From contig NC_059438.1 of NCBI RefSeq assembly GCF_021028975.2, positions 5,890,001-5,954,000 of the forward strand: 64,000 nucleotides of DNA, in the 5' to 3' direction. Under the pieces are notes generated by a model. That model saw nothing but the letters and a program-made list of their open reading frames with translations, was not told the origin of the DNA and made no database searches. Within the stretch, counting starts at the first letter, position 1; each line of letters opens with the position of its first letter. Of the stretch, positions 48,101 through 61,760 are shown piece by piece. Position numbers and translations under genes: made by a program. The DNA is from Sphaerodactylus townsendi. Lineage: Eukaryota.

Positions 48101-51100
48101 TTGCTAAGAGTCCTAGGACTCTGACAAGATACACTTTTACAAACACAGCCTGTGTCTGTATGCGTATGTGTGTAGCTTGAGTCTCTGTGTTGTCAAAACA
48201 CTTGTCAGAAGTTGCTGCCTAGTGCTGTAACAGAGCTAGACACGACCTTCAGAGTAGCAAACATCACAGCTTTTAAAGGCGCTAGGCTTGAACCTAATTT
48301 TGCTGAATACCCTCGTAACTTCAGTGGGAACAGAAGCAAGCTAATTTTTCACATAAACCAAATGTGTATAGTATTCTCATAATGCAAAGAAGATGCTATA
48401 TATTGCCAAGGTAAAGTCTTAACAAATATATATTTTCCCTAGGAGGCTTGGGTATTTTTTAACACATATATTTTTGGAGAAATTGTCTGCTGTACTTGTG
48501 TCTTTATCAGTACACAAACCAGCACACCCCACTGTCCTTTTCTAACAGCATTAGACTGCTTTCTCCCAAAGCAATATTTAGAGAAGTGGTTTTAAAATGG
48601 GGTACTGGAAGATGCTTATCAGGGTTCCTCAGTAAAAAGATCGTTGATGGCAGACTAGTTTCCCAGAAACAGAGTTATTTGCTGTTATCAGTCTTCTCTT
48701 TCCCCCAGACTGTGCACCACCAGGGGAAATTTGCTTAGGTCATTTGGGGCAATTCACAAACTGTGTGAACTGAACTTGTGCTCTGGAGCTTGCTCCATAA
48801 TTCTCTACAATATGGGGGGGGGGGGGGGGTCGGTGGGAAGTGCTTGAGGGTTCCTTATTAGATGTACCAGGATAGAAAATGTTTCCTGAAGGTGGAATGT
48901 ATGAAAAACCACTGTGTTATATCATATCCTATTTTTTAAAATATGCATATTTATTTTAATTGCTGTGGTCATAATTTTAAGCTGCTTATTGCCAATGTAA
49001 AAACTGTAGCTTTATGAAATGTGCCATGTTAGGAAATGTGCAATATGTTGTCCCAGTTCTTTTGGCCAGAATAGAAGACCTTAAAATTCCAGTAAGTGTA
49101 TCACTCAGGTAACAACATCATACCATCCCATGAGTATTTTAAAAGGAGTGGTTCAAATGCTGATGGCCCCCTCAACCTCAGTATAATTGTGCCGTGTAAC
49201 ATGTTCCTGCTGTTCTTTGTTATAACTGCACTTGGAAAAAGTTGCATCTAGATGCTGTTTATTAAAAGAGCAACCACATAGTTGCTTTTGTGTACAAACC
49301 ACCAAATGACAAACCACAAATATGTTGGTCTTTTGTTAGCTTGCTGAAGCATGTTAGATAAACCTCGCAGGCAAATATCAGCAAAAACTATGTTGTTCCA
49401 AACAAGAAATTAATCTGAACTAAATTCAGATTTGAGTTGCCTTCCAAGGATAGTCTCTGTAATGTCTAATGCGTTCCAGGTTAAACTGTTTCCTTAATTC
49501 TAAAGGATATGTTTATGGTGTTTACTTTGGGATGAGTTTATATCGTAGACACAGAAAAAACACTAGCCATTTGCTAGCATTTTTTACAACTGTCAAAAAA
49601 ATCTCTGTGATAGCGTGCAAGTATTTTCAAAAGCCTAAAAGTTTTAAACTTTTTTCTTATTGTAGCGAAAGGTGTTACAATGAGAAATGTGTCTCTGTGC
49701 ATCTCTGTAAACCAGATTCATATTGTCTAGAAAACAATAATGTCATCATAGAGCATACTGTAAAACATATTTGTGCAACACTTATGCAGAATATAATTCT
49801 TAATATATGGATGTCCTCTAGATGGTATCAGATTCTCATTTTTAATGAGTTGATTTTGCACAGAGTTGATTGACGAATGTGTGTCGCTTTTATGCTGCAT
49901 TGGTACTCTGGATGGGTTTTATCCCTTTTGCACATTTTATAAGTTTTCACAAAAAGGAATTTGTTCTTTGGAGGATGTTGCGTCTGCATTTTTAATTATT
50001 ATGCACGGCTCTTTAGCAAAACTTGAATAAACTTGTGTTGTATGTGTGACTCACCTGCAGCCTCTATTATGTGAAAGGCTTGGTCCTTATCCACTCATTA
50101 TGTGACCCACTGCAATTGTGGTAGCTTTGAAATTCTCCTTATTACCGCTGTCAGAAAAAAAATATTTTTTATTGCTAGGTTAACCTTCTGTAAAGAATTC
50201 ACAGAAACCTTTTACAAAGTAATGTGTTGTCAGTCATATTGGCATTAGCATGCAAAATAAGTAATATACATAGAGGAGTAAGAGACATTCTACTAGCAAC
50301 TCCAAACAGTGCAGGCAATCCCTTCTTTATTAAATGTGACTTGTGCAATATTGAAATGCCTGGGCTTTTGTTCTAGCTAAATACTGTCCAAAAGTATCTT
50401 GTGTCCAGAATAAAAGAATATTTTTTTTGCTAGGGATTTTTCTATGCAATATTCATCTTCCGTTTTAAAAAAGTTAGAGCCCAGAGAAGCCACCTTTAAG
50501 CACTATTGGGTCCCAGTGATTTCAATTGAGAGATAAGCAAGTGCTTTATAAGTGAAACTGGTACGGCTTAATGTCGTACTTAATTTGGGCTGGGTTGTGC
50601 CTTCAGTTTTAAATGTTAATATTTTCAACTACCCTACCAAAAGGGAAAATGTTATATCAGCATCCAAACACAAGCTGATGCTATAGACAAGTAGGCATTT
50701 AAAATGGATTAATTTTGCAGAAAAATGAAATGCAATCCTTTCTATAATGCAAAATTTATTGTTTAGATCAGGTTTGTTGTTATTTTTGTTTTGTTTTTGT
50801 TTTTGCCTTATTATGAAATATGGGTTTGTAATACAACTATACAGTGGATAATCTTAAGGTCAAACAAAACTCTGGCAACTATCCACTTTGGCAGCAGTGA
50901 CTACAAATGTTAACATTGTCCAGTTTGTATTACTGTTCATTTTAATTACATCCAGGTTGATTCAATCATGCAAAACTACCCTTTGCAGTATATTCAATAG
51001 AAGAGAAAGTTCATTGTAATTATAATTTATTTTGCTAAACTTCTTGTTTCATTTAAGTGTGTGCAATATTCCAGATCTGGGTGGGGTTTGTTTTTTAAAA

Positions 51101-51668
51101 CTTGCTACTTTGGGAATGGTTTAAATGAAGCTTTAGGATCCTTTAAACTGTTTTTCTCACTAATCACAAAGAGTATAGTCAAACAGGTCCCCTTCATTTC
51201 AGTGGGACTTGCACAGGAAAACTTCGTGGTGGAATATGCCCAGATTTATTACTCGTTCTAGGAGTATTGTTTTGTTTTAGAAAGACGTACACCTTCCAGT
51301 AATAGGACTTCTATGTTGATTATTTACTTTTACTTTCATTCAAAGATGACTCTTACCCTCTGAATATGAACTGGTATCCAAATTCTGTAATGGTCGTACT
51401 TCAGCAGTTGTTTGGTTTGTAGTTTTCTGATTTTTTTGTAAAAATAATTATTTCACATCATTTGATATTAATGTCTTTTACTCTTTTTGAAGCCAGTGGA
51501 TACAAATGTAATATACCTTGCCTTATGATAACATTATATACCTTGTCTACCTAAAATGTTATCCAATCACTGGTTGTATTGATATGGTGAAAAATATATT
51601 TATAAACATACAATGACTAGTTGTCGTTATTAAAGCTGAATGGTTCAAAGTATGGTGAGAGCGTAAGA

Positions 51669-51674
51669 AATAAA
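51669..51674 (+). terminator. Candidate distal polyadenylation signal of the PPP1R3 gene (alternative at 50026-50031)
   Basis: AATAAA followed by a GT-rich tract (gtgtgttgtatggtgt) at the end of a long, AT-rich, repeat-poor stretch. Confidence 0.4.
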
Positions 51675-51865
51675 GTGTGTTGTATGGTGTCCATTCACAC
51701 TCAGGTATTTCCCCTGCCCTATCTGCAAGCATGTTAGAGACACCATTAGTTGGATACTGTTATGTCTGTGATTGGCAAAGACTTTTTAACCACAGGATGA
51801 TTCAGCAATAATCAATCAGTAGCTACCCATAAAGCATTTATTGATCCATCTAGCCAAATATTATT

Positions 51866-52148
51866 AAGAAGAAGAGTTTGGACTTATACACCACCTTTCT
51901 CTCCTGTAAGGTAGCTTACAAACTCCTTTCCCTTCCTCTCTCCACAACAGACACCTTGTGAGGTAGGTGGGGCTGAGGGAGTTCAGAAGAACTGTGACTA
52001 ACCCAAGGTCACCCAGCAGGAATGTAGGAGTGCAGAACACATCTGGTTCACCAGATAAGCATCCACCACTCAGGTGGAAGAGTGGGGAATCAAACCTGGT
52101 TCTCCAGATTAGAATCCACCTGGTCTTAACCACTACACCACGCTGGCA
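51866..52148 (-). mobile_element. Squam3-like SINE (different subfamily)
   Basis: gaagaagagtttgga tail, gtgaggtaggtggggctgag core and ttaaccactacaccacgctggc head. Confidence 0.85.
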
Positions 52149-54779
52149 GATTGATGAGCAGGAATTTTGTAGTCAGGAGGCAGAGAATCATTGTAGAGGG
52201 CCAGGATGTAAATACAGGTGCTCTGATGTGCTGTTCAGTTGTACCTACCCCCCTCCTTTATTGGCATTTATAAAGAACAGAAGCTCCAAGGGGGCCAGGG
52301 GGTGCGTGACGCATCAGGCATGCCCCCCCTTGGGGGTGGGGGCAGAGGATACACCAGTGCACCGGGCGCTTTCCCCCCTTGCTTTGCCTCTGATAAAGAA
52401 GGGCTTGCTGTTTGAGTTGTCCCAGTGTATTTGTACCTGTTGGCCAGAATGTGAGAAGGTAAAACCCAGTTTCCTTCTTGCTGTGTGTACTGCCAGATAT
52501 CCTTCCTTCTATCTCCACAAGTAAGAGAGATTTGTATTTTTAAATGAAAGCCAAAAAGGAAGAGGTCCCGAAATATCCCTGAGGGGGGCTCACTTCAAAA
52601 GCAAGTTTAATAAAAATGTTTGTTCTGTTTGCGCATGTTCTACGTTCTGCAAGGTTAGGTCTCAGAGCGCACCTTATTCTATAGAAACACAAATCCTGAG
52701 GCCCCCAACCCAAGTTCTAATCAGTCTATCCCCTTGATTGAAAAGGAATGTACATTGCAGACAGAATGAAACTTCCTGATTGTTTAATAACTTCTAGACA
52801 TAGGCCAGATGAAGGGACGTGGAAAAACTGTCAATGTCTCATATAAATCAAAATCAATGTCACATATAATCTGAACTACCAGTATTTAGTTGAAAACTGC
52901 CATTGTTAATTATGTTCTCGGTATGCAGAGCGGTCTTGCTTCTGCATGCACCTCTCTCCCCCAATCCCTTGCTTTGGAAAATAAGCGCAAAGCACACTCA
53001 ATTCAATTTTATATCAGTATTGTATCTCCCTAAGACTAGTCAGCCATTCAGAGATTCCAAGGCTATTTGTTTTCTGGCAGGTGATCTGGAAGCTAGATGA
53101 TTTGGGGTTAGTAGTGGCTTTACAATCTGCTCTTTGCAATAAGCTGATTCCACCCCATTCCCCTGAGGTGTTGTGTCCCTGGCGCCATTTGTAGAAAACT
53201 AAGGCTCTTTTCACACCAGTCAGATGGCAGGAGAAGGCCTTGCTTCCTGTCCTTGAAAAGATGCATGAATTCCCTTGATCTTCAGGCTGAGAAATACTGC
53301 AATAAACAGTCAGCTTTCATAGCTGACAGTGTCTGGTCTGAGCAGTAATAGCCTCAATTCCCACAGGCCTTAATCCATCAGATACATGTTTCGGGAGAGC
53401 CCCTTCACTACCTTTTAGTTTGTGCTCCTTTGCTTTTATGTTATGATATACAAGAAATAGAGCCAGATTAATGGGCTTCCCCTGGCCAAATATGCCCCCC
53501 CCCCCCATTAGAAGCACTGGCAGAATCAAAGATGTGGCAGGCTGTTGAGTAGCAATTGCAACAGCCTGTAAAATCCCTGACTCATTGTCTGCAGTCAGTG
53601 ATAAAATGGAAACTTCTGAAGGTGACTTGCAGTGGAGGTGATTTGCTTGTCTCTTTCACTTGCTCAGTGCTTAACAACTTCACAGCTGCCCTGATTGCTC
53701 ACACTGAGATTGCTCCCTATATAATGCTCACTTTTATTACACAAGATATTCTGTCTCTTATCACACGCCTTTTAAAAAACATTAAAGTGTGGATGTTTCC
53801 TTATGTTTAGTAGAGGGTGTGCTGGTTGCCATAATAGAGGATAAAACACAAGGCTGTTTAAAAATTAAAATCACTTTTCTGGAAGTGCATGCTGAGGTCT
53901 CAAATGAGTTACCAGGCTCTTCTGTCTGAATTTTGCCAAAAGCCAAGTGAAACAACTGTAGGAATTTGCTATGGAAGTTTTAAAATGTTCACTAGGATCA
54001 AAGCATTTCTCATGGGTGGAATTTCACCCAAGGAAAAGTCACTTCAAGGTTATGACTTGAATTGCTCTTTCTTTTTGCGATCCATGATGGAGCAGCGTTA
54101 CTTCCGCTGCAAACTTTTGCAAATTTACAGACTACAGCAGGGCTTGCTTCTGAGTAAGCCCGCAGAAGCGGTTTGTTTCAGTTTGCTGAAAGATGTAAGA
54201 CAAGATGTAAATTTTATTTTGAAAATTAAAATCTCTGTGACATCCTTTGTACCAAATAAAAAAGATGGAACATCTCCCCCTGCTTTCAGGAATACTGTTG
54301 TAGATCAGGGAGAGATGGGTGAGCAAGAGATTTCAGTATGAATATTGCATTTAAATGAAAGGATGACAAATATAATCTCCCTAAAAGTGTTATATCCAAT
54401 TTATTATTATGGTTGTAATGGAACTTGCATGCAAATTTAAGAGGACACACTTCTCCAAAGGGTGAGAAATGCTAGGGATGATGCTACAGGACTTAAATTT
54501 CCTTCAGTTGAGAGATCATTGGAAGGCTGTGCAGTATAATCTTGGTATCATTATTTTATAAATATTTTGGGTTTTTAAAAGTTGTACCTTCAACCAACTC
54601 AGCTTCCCCAGATTTCTGTCTCCAGCATTTAAACTAAAAACTATATTTTCCACACACATTCCTCCAGACCACTGGTCTCTCAGACCTCCCCCCTTGCTCC
54701 TGAAAGAAGATTCTCACTGGGGGATGCTGCAGGCATAATCATATAGACTTACATTTATAACAGTTTTTTTAAAGTCTCT

Positions 54780-55068
54780 GGGCCTTTCCCCACTTACCTT
54801 AAGCCCCGCGCTACTCTCCTCAAGTAGCGCGGGGTCCCTTGGCACTCCCCACGACAGGGGCGGCGACAGCGCAGCCGCCCTGACGCTGCCGTTGTCGCGC
54901 CCCCTCAGCTCGCGGCATGCCTGGCGCTCTTATAAATGGCGCCTTTTGATGACCCCGCGCAGAGCGTGGCTACGCGGGGTCGTGGGGACGCCCGGGCGCA
55001 CACCAGGGATGCCACGCGCTGAGAGCAGCACGCGGCATGGGGGGATCCTGGTGAGTGGGGAAACGCCC
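54780..55068. mobile_element. CpG-rich PIF/Harbinger-like MITE
   Basis: TIRs gggcctttccccactta / tgagtggggaaacgccc; 3-bp TSD TCT. Confidence 0.8.
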
Positions 55069-58000
55069 TCTGTGTGGAAAACATGCTCCACTTCACTGAG
55101 GCACCTGCTCTTAGATCTCATGGTGTCAAGCCGGGAACAGTTCTCCATGTGAGGATTAGAAGGAGCTGAGAGGAATGAAACAGAAGCTGAGCAACAAACT
55201 ATATTTGTGGCAAATCAGATATACAAATAGAGCTTCCGCATGCAACCTCATCTGCAAATCAAGAAACCCTAGATTGGCATCTTGTCTGTGGAGTACAGGG
55301 GTACCAACACTACCTACCTTACTGGGTTGCTGGAAAGACAGCAATGCAATAATGTCGTATGCTTCAAGTGTTCAGAAGCAAATAGTCAAGGGTGTATGGG
55401 GGGGGGGTCCTTGCAACCCAGGCGCCATGCATCTAGGTCATGGGGAGGGGGCACATTTGGCTTCCCCTCCCTCCTGCAGGTTAGGAAGAAGAAGTGGGTC
55501 GGAGAATAGCGAGTGAGTGCATGAGGGAACTGAGGCCAGTGGTATGACAGCGTAGGAGGCCATCCCCGCAGCTTACCGCTGTTCTGCCACCCAGTCTGCC
55601 ACTTGTCTCCTGCTCACCCAGTCCCCCACCACTTGTCACTGCTCTCCTACCTGGCCTGCCGCTCATCTCCTCTCGCCCCACCCCTTGTCTCCTCTGCTTG
55701 TCTCCCGCTCGCCTGACCCCCCACTACTTTCTGCTGCCCTCTTGCCCACCCTGCCGCTGGAAGGGCACACAATTTCAGTGGTGCAGTTTCCTGCCAGTGT
55801 GGCACTGCAAATAATACTGTATCTGTTGTTACTTAATCACAGTTATCCAAAACATGGTAATAAAGCGTATTGGGGAGGGGGAGTGGTGAGCAGCGACCTC
55901 TCCTTGTATCTCGTACATCCTTTCCTTCCTTAAGAACTCAAAACTGCTTTACTTTTCATTCTTCATTCCGAACAACCAAAGCTCAGCGGTTGGTCTCCAG
56001 TGGCTTAATTACGATATCGTTTTACTTAACTACTTTGGTGCTATTCTTCTCAAAGCCTTTGGAAAAGCAGACAAAAAGCCTCCGTAGCTATTAACCTCTA
56101 CTCTGTTTCCAGAGAGCTTTCCCCTCCCTCTTCTATATTTAAACACCTAGCTTATATATTTAAACAGCAGGACCATTTTACTAATTCCTTGGGACGAGGT
56201 CTCTTAAATAACATAATGCCTTTTAATGTAACTTTGTGTGCTCAGAACCTCTCTCAACGCACGTCTTCTCGTTTCTTAGTCGTGGCAAGAGCTGCCGGAG
56301 GAGGAAATGCAGAAAGCATTATCTAGCTGGCAGCTCTGTGCAAGCCTTAAATAAAACATGAACTAATAAAGCACGAGTCACGTATGCAGGCCATAGATAG
56401 TATATCATATAAAATTTAACTGCAGCGTTCCACTTTGAGTTTCCAAAATCTGTTGGTGTAATCTTGAATGTGTGCCTATTTAACAGAAATAGTTTTGAGA
56501 CGGACAGGCTCGTAGTAGGGTTGGCTACCCTTTAGGTGGGGCCTGGAATTCTCCCAGAATTACAGAACATCTCCACATTACATGGCAGGTTGGCAGGTAA
56601 GGTTTCCAGAGTCCAATGTCCATGTGAGGCCTGGAACTGTTCCAGAATGACAACTGATCGGCAGATTCCAGAAATCAGTTCCCATGGAGAAAACGACAGC
56701 TTTGGTGGGTGTATACCCCACTGAAGTGCCTCCTCTAACCAATCCCACCCAACGCAGAGATGGCAACTCTATGGACTGCAGACTCTATTGCATCATATCC
56801 TCACTGTGTATCCTTCTGTCCCTAAACTCTGCCTTCCCTGAGTACCTGTCTCCCAAATCTTCACCAATTTTCCAAGCCACCCACCCTTTGCAACCTTATC
56901 TTGAAGAGTAGCAGTTTGCATGTTGAATGAGGACCTGAGATTTGGGAAACTAGGGATTTTGGGGAATAACCCTCTCTCAATCTAATCTAATCTACTTCAG
57001 AGGGTTGTGAGGAAAAAATATGGGAAAGAGCAGCTTGTGTGCAACCTAGAACTCTTTGGATAACGGGCAGTACAATACAACAACCTTTATTAGGCATATT
57101 AAAATAGGCTCCAGAGCATTACAGAGACGGGCAGTATAAAAACAGATTAATAGAAAAATGTTAATTTGTGATAGACCCTCTTTAAAAATCTCATTGAAGC
57201 TTTTGTCATGAAAACGATAAAAATCAATATGGTTTGTGTGACATTGAGGTGCTCACCTGGCACATGACTAAGTCCTGAGACGTTGCTACTAAAGCTTCCA
57301 TTTCGCTAAAATACAAAAGGCTGAAAGGAACATTCAATGACGAATCAAAGAACTGCTACATCTCACCCTCTTTTATTATATCAGTTTGACCAGCTGTTTT
57401 GTAGGACAGCTGATAGCACAGCTACTATCTTGGTTCTTCTTTCTGGTTGTTGTTTCTCCAGCCGCCTTTTGTACTGCACTTTAATTGTTATTTGTGTGGG
57501 ATTTTAATTGCAGCGAGATGCTTTGGGAATACTTGACTGAAAAGCAGATTAAAATATCATCAATAAGTAAGCAGCTCCCTTCTTAGCCAAGTAGATGATG
57601 AGTCAATGTGGTGCAGTATGTGGAACATTGGCTTTCAGCTGCGGAGGACGACAAACCCGCATGCACATTTTTTTACACTTCCCTGTGCAAATCACTGCAT
57701 GTGAGTGAATGGAGTAAGCCTTGGAGAAGCTGTTCTCCGAAGAGAAAATCTTCTCACCAAGGCAGCCCAGGAAGCCAAAGTTTTCCACTGGTGTAGCTGC
57801 AATCTTTCATCAGCAGTTCCTCCAACGTTGCACTGCGTGCAAAAGTAGATCACTCACTTGAAGATGGATTTAATATAAAAAGAGAGCCTACAGCAAGCTG
57901 TGGATTAAGCCATCTTGGAACATGACTGACATGCATACCAAAGAATCAGGTGAAGCCTGAGTCATCTGTCTTGTCCTACCTCGGTTCGTCAGATCAGCTC

Positions 58001-58390
58001 TTTGCCTTTTTAAACATTTCTAAAAGCACAGTATATACCTATATATGTTTGCTGGGCGCTCTGCCTATTGTACTTGCTCAGAGATCGCTTTACTAGGTTA
58101 TACCAAGACGCTGGCTACTTGAGGGGCTGGGTTTTCTATCTTGGGTGGTGGCAACAAAAAGAAAACACTTTTGCACGCACCCTCCCAGACTTCGCCCCCA
58201 AACTCTAGGTATTTCAGAATCTGGAGTTGGAAACCCTACCCTCTTTCCTTTTTTTCAATTTAATTATGTTGTCATTTGAGGGTCCTCTGTGACATCCTCT
58301 CCCAATTAGTTAGGTGAGTAGTTATCAGAGACAAGCCAATCTCAGAGGGGGTCCCCAAAAAATCCCACAGATTTTTTGCTGTGGGATAGC

Positions 58391-58672
58391 GGGCCTTTCC
58401 CCACTTACATTCTGCTGCGTGCTACTTGGGCCAAGTAGCGCGGGGTCCCAGGGCACTCCCCACTACAGGGGCGGCGACAACGCAGCCGCCCCGACGCTTC
58501 CGCTGTCGCACCCCCTCAGCGCGTGGCATTCCTGGTGCTGGAGAAAACGGCGCCTTTTGACGCCCCCGTGCAGAGCGCGGGGTCGTGGGGAAGCCAGGGC
58601 GCGCGCCAGAAATGACGCACGCAGTGAGTAGCGTGCAGTGACGGTGGTAGAGGGGAAAGTGGGGAAAGGCCC
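58391..58672. mobile_element. CpG-rich PIF/Harbinger-like MITE (same family as 54780)
   Basis: TIRs gggcctttccccactt / aagtggggaaaggccc; body homologous to 54780-55068. Confidence 0.8.
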
Positions 58673-58996
58673 AATACTGTATACCATTCATGCCCTCTGG
58701 ATTATTGACAAGCCCCTCCCCCCCCAAGGCATTGCTTATATTTGGGTATGGGTGGGGCTGGAGTTCTCCCAGAATTACAGTTGGTCTCCAGACTACAGGG
58801 AGCAGTACCCTAGGAGAAATTGGTAGCATTAGAGGGCAGGCCCTATGGCGTCACATCCCTTCGGAGTTCCTTCCCCAAACATTACCCCCAAATCTCCAGG
58901 TATTTCCAAAGCCAAAACTGGCAACCCTTTTTGGGTTGAAAATTCAAGGACTTGCTGTCGTGATTCTTCTCAGGTAAAATTGTTCCCCATGGGAAA

Positions 58997-59246
58997 AGAA
59001 GAAGAAGAAGAGTTTGGATTTATATCCCCCCTTTCTCTCCTGTAGGAGACTCAAAGGGGCTGACAATCTCCTTGCCCTTCCCCCCTCACAACAAACACCC
59101 TGTGAGGTAGGTGGGGCTGAGAGAGCTCCGAGAAGCTGTGACTAGCCCAAGGTCACCCAGCTGGCGTGTGTGGGAGTGTACAGGCTAATCTGAATTCCCC
59201 AGATAAGCCTCCACAGCTCAGGCGGCAGAGCGGGGAATCAAACCCG
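58997..59246 (-). mobile_element. 5'-truncated Squam3-like SINE
   Basis: Near-identical to the other young copies; ends at the B box. Confidence 0.88.
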
Positions 59247-60980
59247 AAATGCTAGCCTTAGCGATGGTGTGAACTAAGCAACTAATCAACGGCCAGCAAT
59301 GTTTGAGAATATAATATCTGAGCTAGCACTCATATAACTAAGCATCCTTTACCACTACATCCCATTTTACATAACCACTTTAGCCTCCTAGCTTGATAGA
59401 ATTCTACTTCTTATGTGACTAGAGGTAGTGTTAAGCCAATCACGAGAGTTTGTCTTGTTGACAAAAATGGGAAGATGTATTGTTTGTAGGAAGGGGAGAT
59501 GAGAGGCAGAGCCAGAAACCAGCAAACGGTTCAGGGCCTCAAAAACATATGTAAACTGTCCTCCAGCTATTTTTACTTTTATCTCGGCTTTTCAGTGCCA
59601 CAAAAATGTTAGACTGTTTCTTTTAAGTCTAAAAATACTGCGTTGCAGGGGTTTGGGGTATAGGCGTTCAAGATCTGAGCGAGGAGCTGTCTTTATTGTC
59701 CCTAGCAATAAACTACACTTCCTGTGCCATGTCTGCCAGGAGCAATTGTTCCCTTCCAGCAGATATCTTCAGGGTTTCATTTTTAGTTTTATTGTTTTTA
59801 TGACAGAGGAACGCAGCCAATTCATACTGCTAAGTAATCGCAAGATGATTGTACCTCAGGAATGTGGCCGGGGGTGGGTGGGGGTGGAGTTATCTTGTAA
59901 AAAACATCCATACACAGTCATGTTGCTGTACCAGCACAGGGAGTAGAAAGCACTCAGGCAGTTTTTGCATGAAGGGATGTTCCCCCACATACACAACTGT
60001 GGCTGGATTAGACCTTTTTAGCAAATAGTAAAGGACCCTTTCGGAATGGTATTTTATTATGTGAATTTTATGGGCAGCAGTTGTCTGGTGCTAGCTTTTC
60101 CGCCTCAAAATCAGATTAGAATCACTTGCAACTGTTAGAATATCATTCAATTTTTTTTCCTTCGCAAGTGAGACAGTTCTATTTCTCCCTTTTGTTCATT
60201 GACAGCCACTATCAATTTGAAAGAAAAAAAAAGAGGGGGGAGAGAGAGAGATCTTCCATTGGAAAAGCTGCCAACCAGACTCCTTTCACCCGTGCTGTCT
60301 GGCTAGTTCTTGGTGTCCTTTGAGTGTCAGCTTTGATCAATATCGAGTGACGGTGCTGGAGAGACAATGGCAAATCCTCTTCTATTTTAAGAGGGAGAAA
60401 AGTGAAAGAGACTCTTTTATCCCTCTGCCCCTCAGATGACTTAGAGGCACCATGCAAAGAGAGGACTAGAAATGCCACTCATCTGGTAGTTAAGAAAATG
60501 AAAGGCGCAGCCTGCCCCAGTTTTGTCTACCAAGCTTCTGTGATAATTGGCTTAACCACTAATTTAATCTGACTCAAGGAGGCCATGTTGACTGTCTTTA
60601 TGACCCTGCTAACAAGAGTATGGGGCACACTTCACCACCCACCAGGTGCTTTTCATCTTCCAGTTCTTTCCATGGGGATCACATCTTCAAATGTTTCAGG
60701 CCAGCCCCTCTGCTAGGTTTGCAGCGATCAGATTATTAGCAGAGTGCCACATACACAGCTGATTTGTTACCCAGGTGCCTCTGGAACAATGGCTTACCTA
60801 TCTGATACAGTGCCAAGACAATTTCCTAGTTGTTCAGTAGCAAATTTTTATAGCAGGCTTGAAAATCATAAAGCCTAGTGCAATTCCCATCAGCCATGTA
60901 CAGGCAGATGGCGTGCAGCTTGCAACCAGGGACTTTTAATCAGTCTCCTGTCGCCACTGCTTTAGGATTTCAAAAAGAGG

Positions 60981-61042
60981 GACAGGCATACATGAGTGAT
61001 GGCTTGTGTTTGACAGGCATAGATGAGTGATGGCTTGTGTTT
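60981..61042. repeat. 31-bp tandem duplication
   Basis: gacaggcata(c/g)atgagtgatggcttgtgttt twice. Confidence 0.9.
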
Positions 61043-61299
61043 AGCTTGGCAGGGCACACTTTCCACAGATAGCAAAATAGATAGCAGAAGGCTGAGAGTC
61101 GATGTGGTGTAGCGATTAGGAAATCAGACTGACAGAGCCGAGTTTAAATCCCCACTTTGTCAAAAAGCCTACTTCACAGCGTTATTGTGAGCATAACACT
61201 GAGGAAGCAAAGCACCGAATGGTCTGTGGAGGAAGAGAGGGATAACAGTGCATCAGCTCAGCCAGCTCAGTGCAGCCCATGCACACTTGTTAGCATATT

Positions 61300-61760
61300 T
61301 TCACATGACTATTAGGACAGAAAATGGAGAAATAGAATGGTTTCCAATTGACAAACGTGTCAGACAGGGATGAATTTTATCTCCCTATCTCTTCAGTCTA
61401 TGTGCAGAATATATCATAAGGAAAACTGGATTAAATTTAGGTTCAGGTAAAGAGCAAAAAAAAATGGGGGGGGGCATTGACAATTTGAGATATGCCAATG
61501 ATACCACATTATTGGCAGAACTTAGTGAAGATTTAAAATGACCACTGGTGGACGTTAAATCAGAAAATGCCAATGCTGAACATCAAGAAGACAAAAGTAT
61601 GACTACTGGGAAAAGAGAAAGGCCCAACATGAGATAAATTGACTCTATAAAGGAAGCCACGGCCCCCAGTTTGCAAGACCTGAGCAAGGTTGTTAACAGT
61701 AGGACCTTTCGGAGGACATTAACTCATGGGGTCACCAGGAGCTGGAAGTGACTTGACCAT
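61300..61760 (+). mobile_element. Degenerate RTE/BovB-like LINE: RT fragment joined to the 3' end
   Basis: EWFPIDKRVRQG*ILSPYLF and IDNLRYANDTTLLAE (decayed YADD motif), followed directly by an RTE 3' end like 770-950. Confidence 0.8.

Noticed and set aside
49469-54341. 134-185 aa ORFs at 49469, 51967 and 53889
   Set aside because: No recognisable domains or splice structure; one begins inside a SINE.
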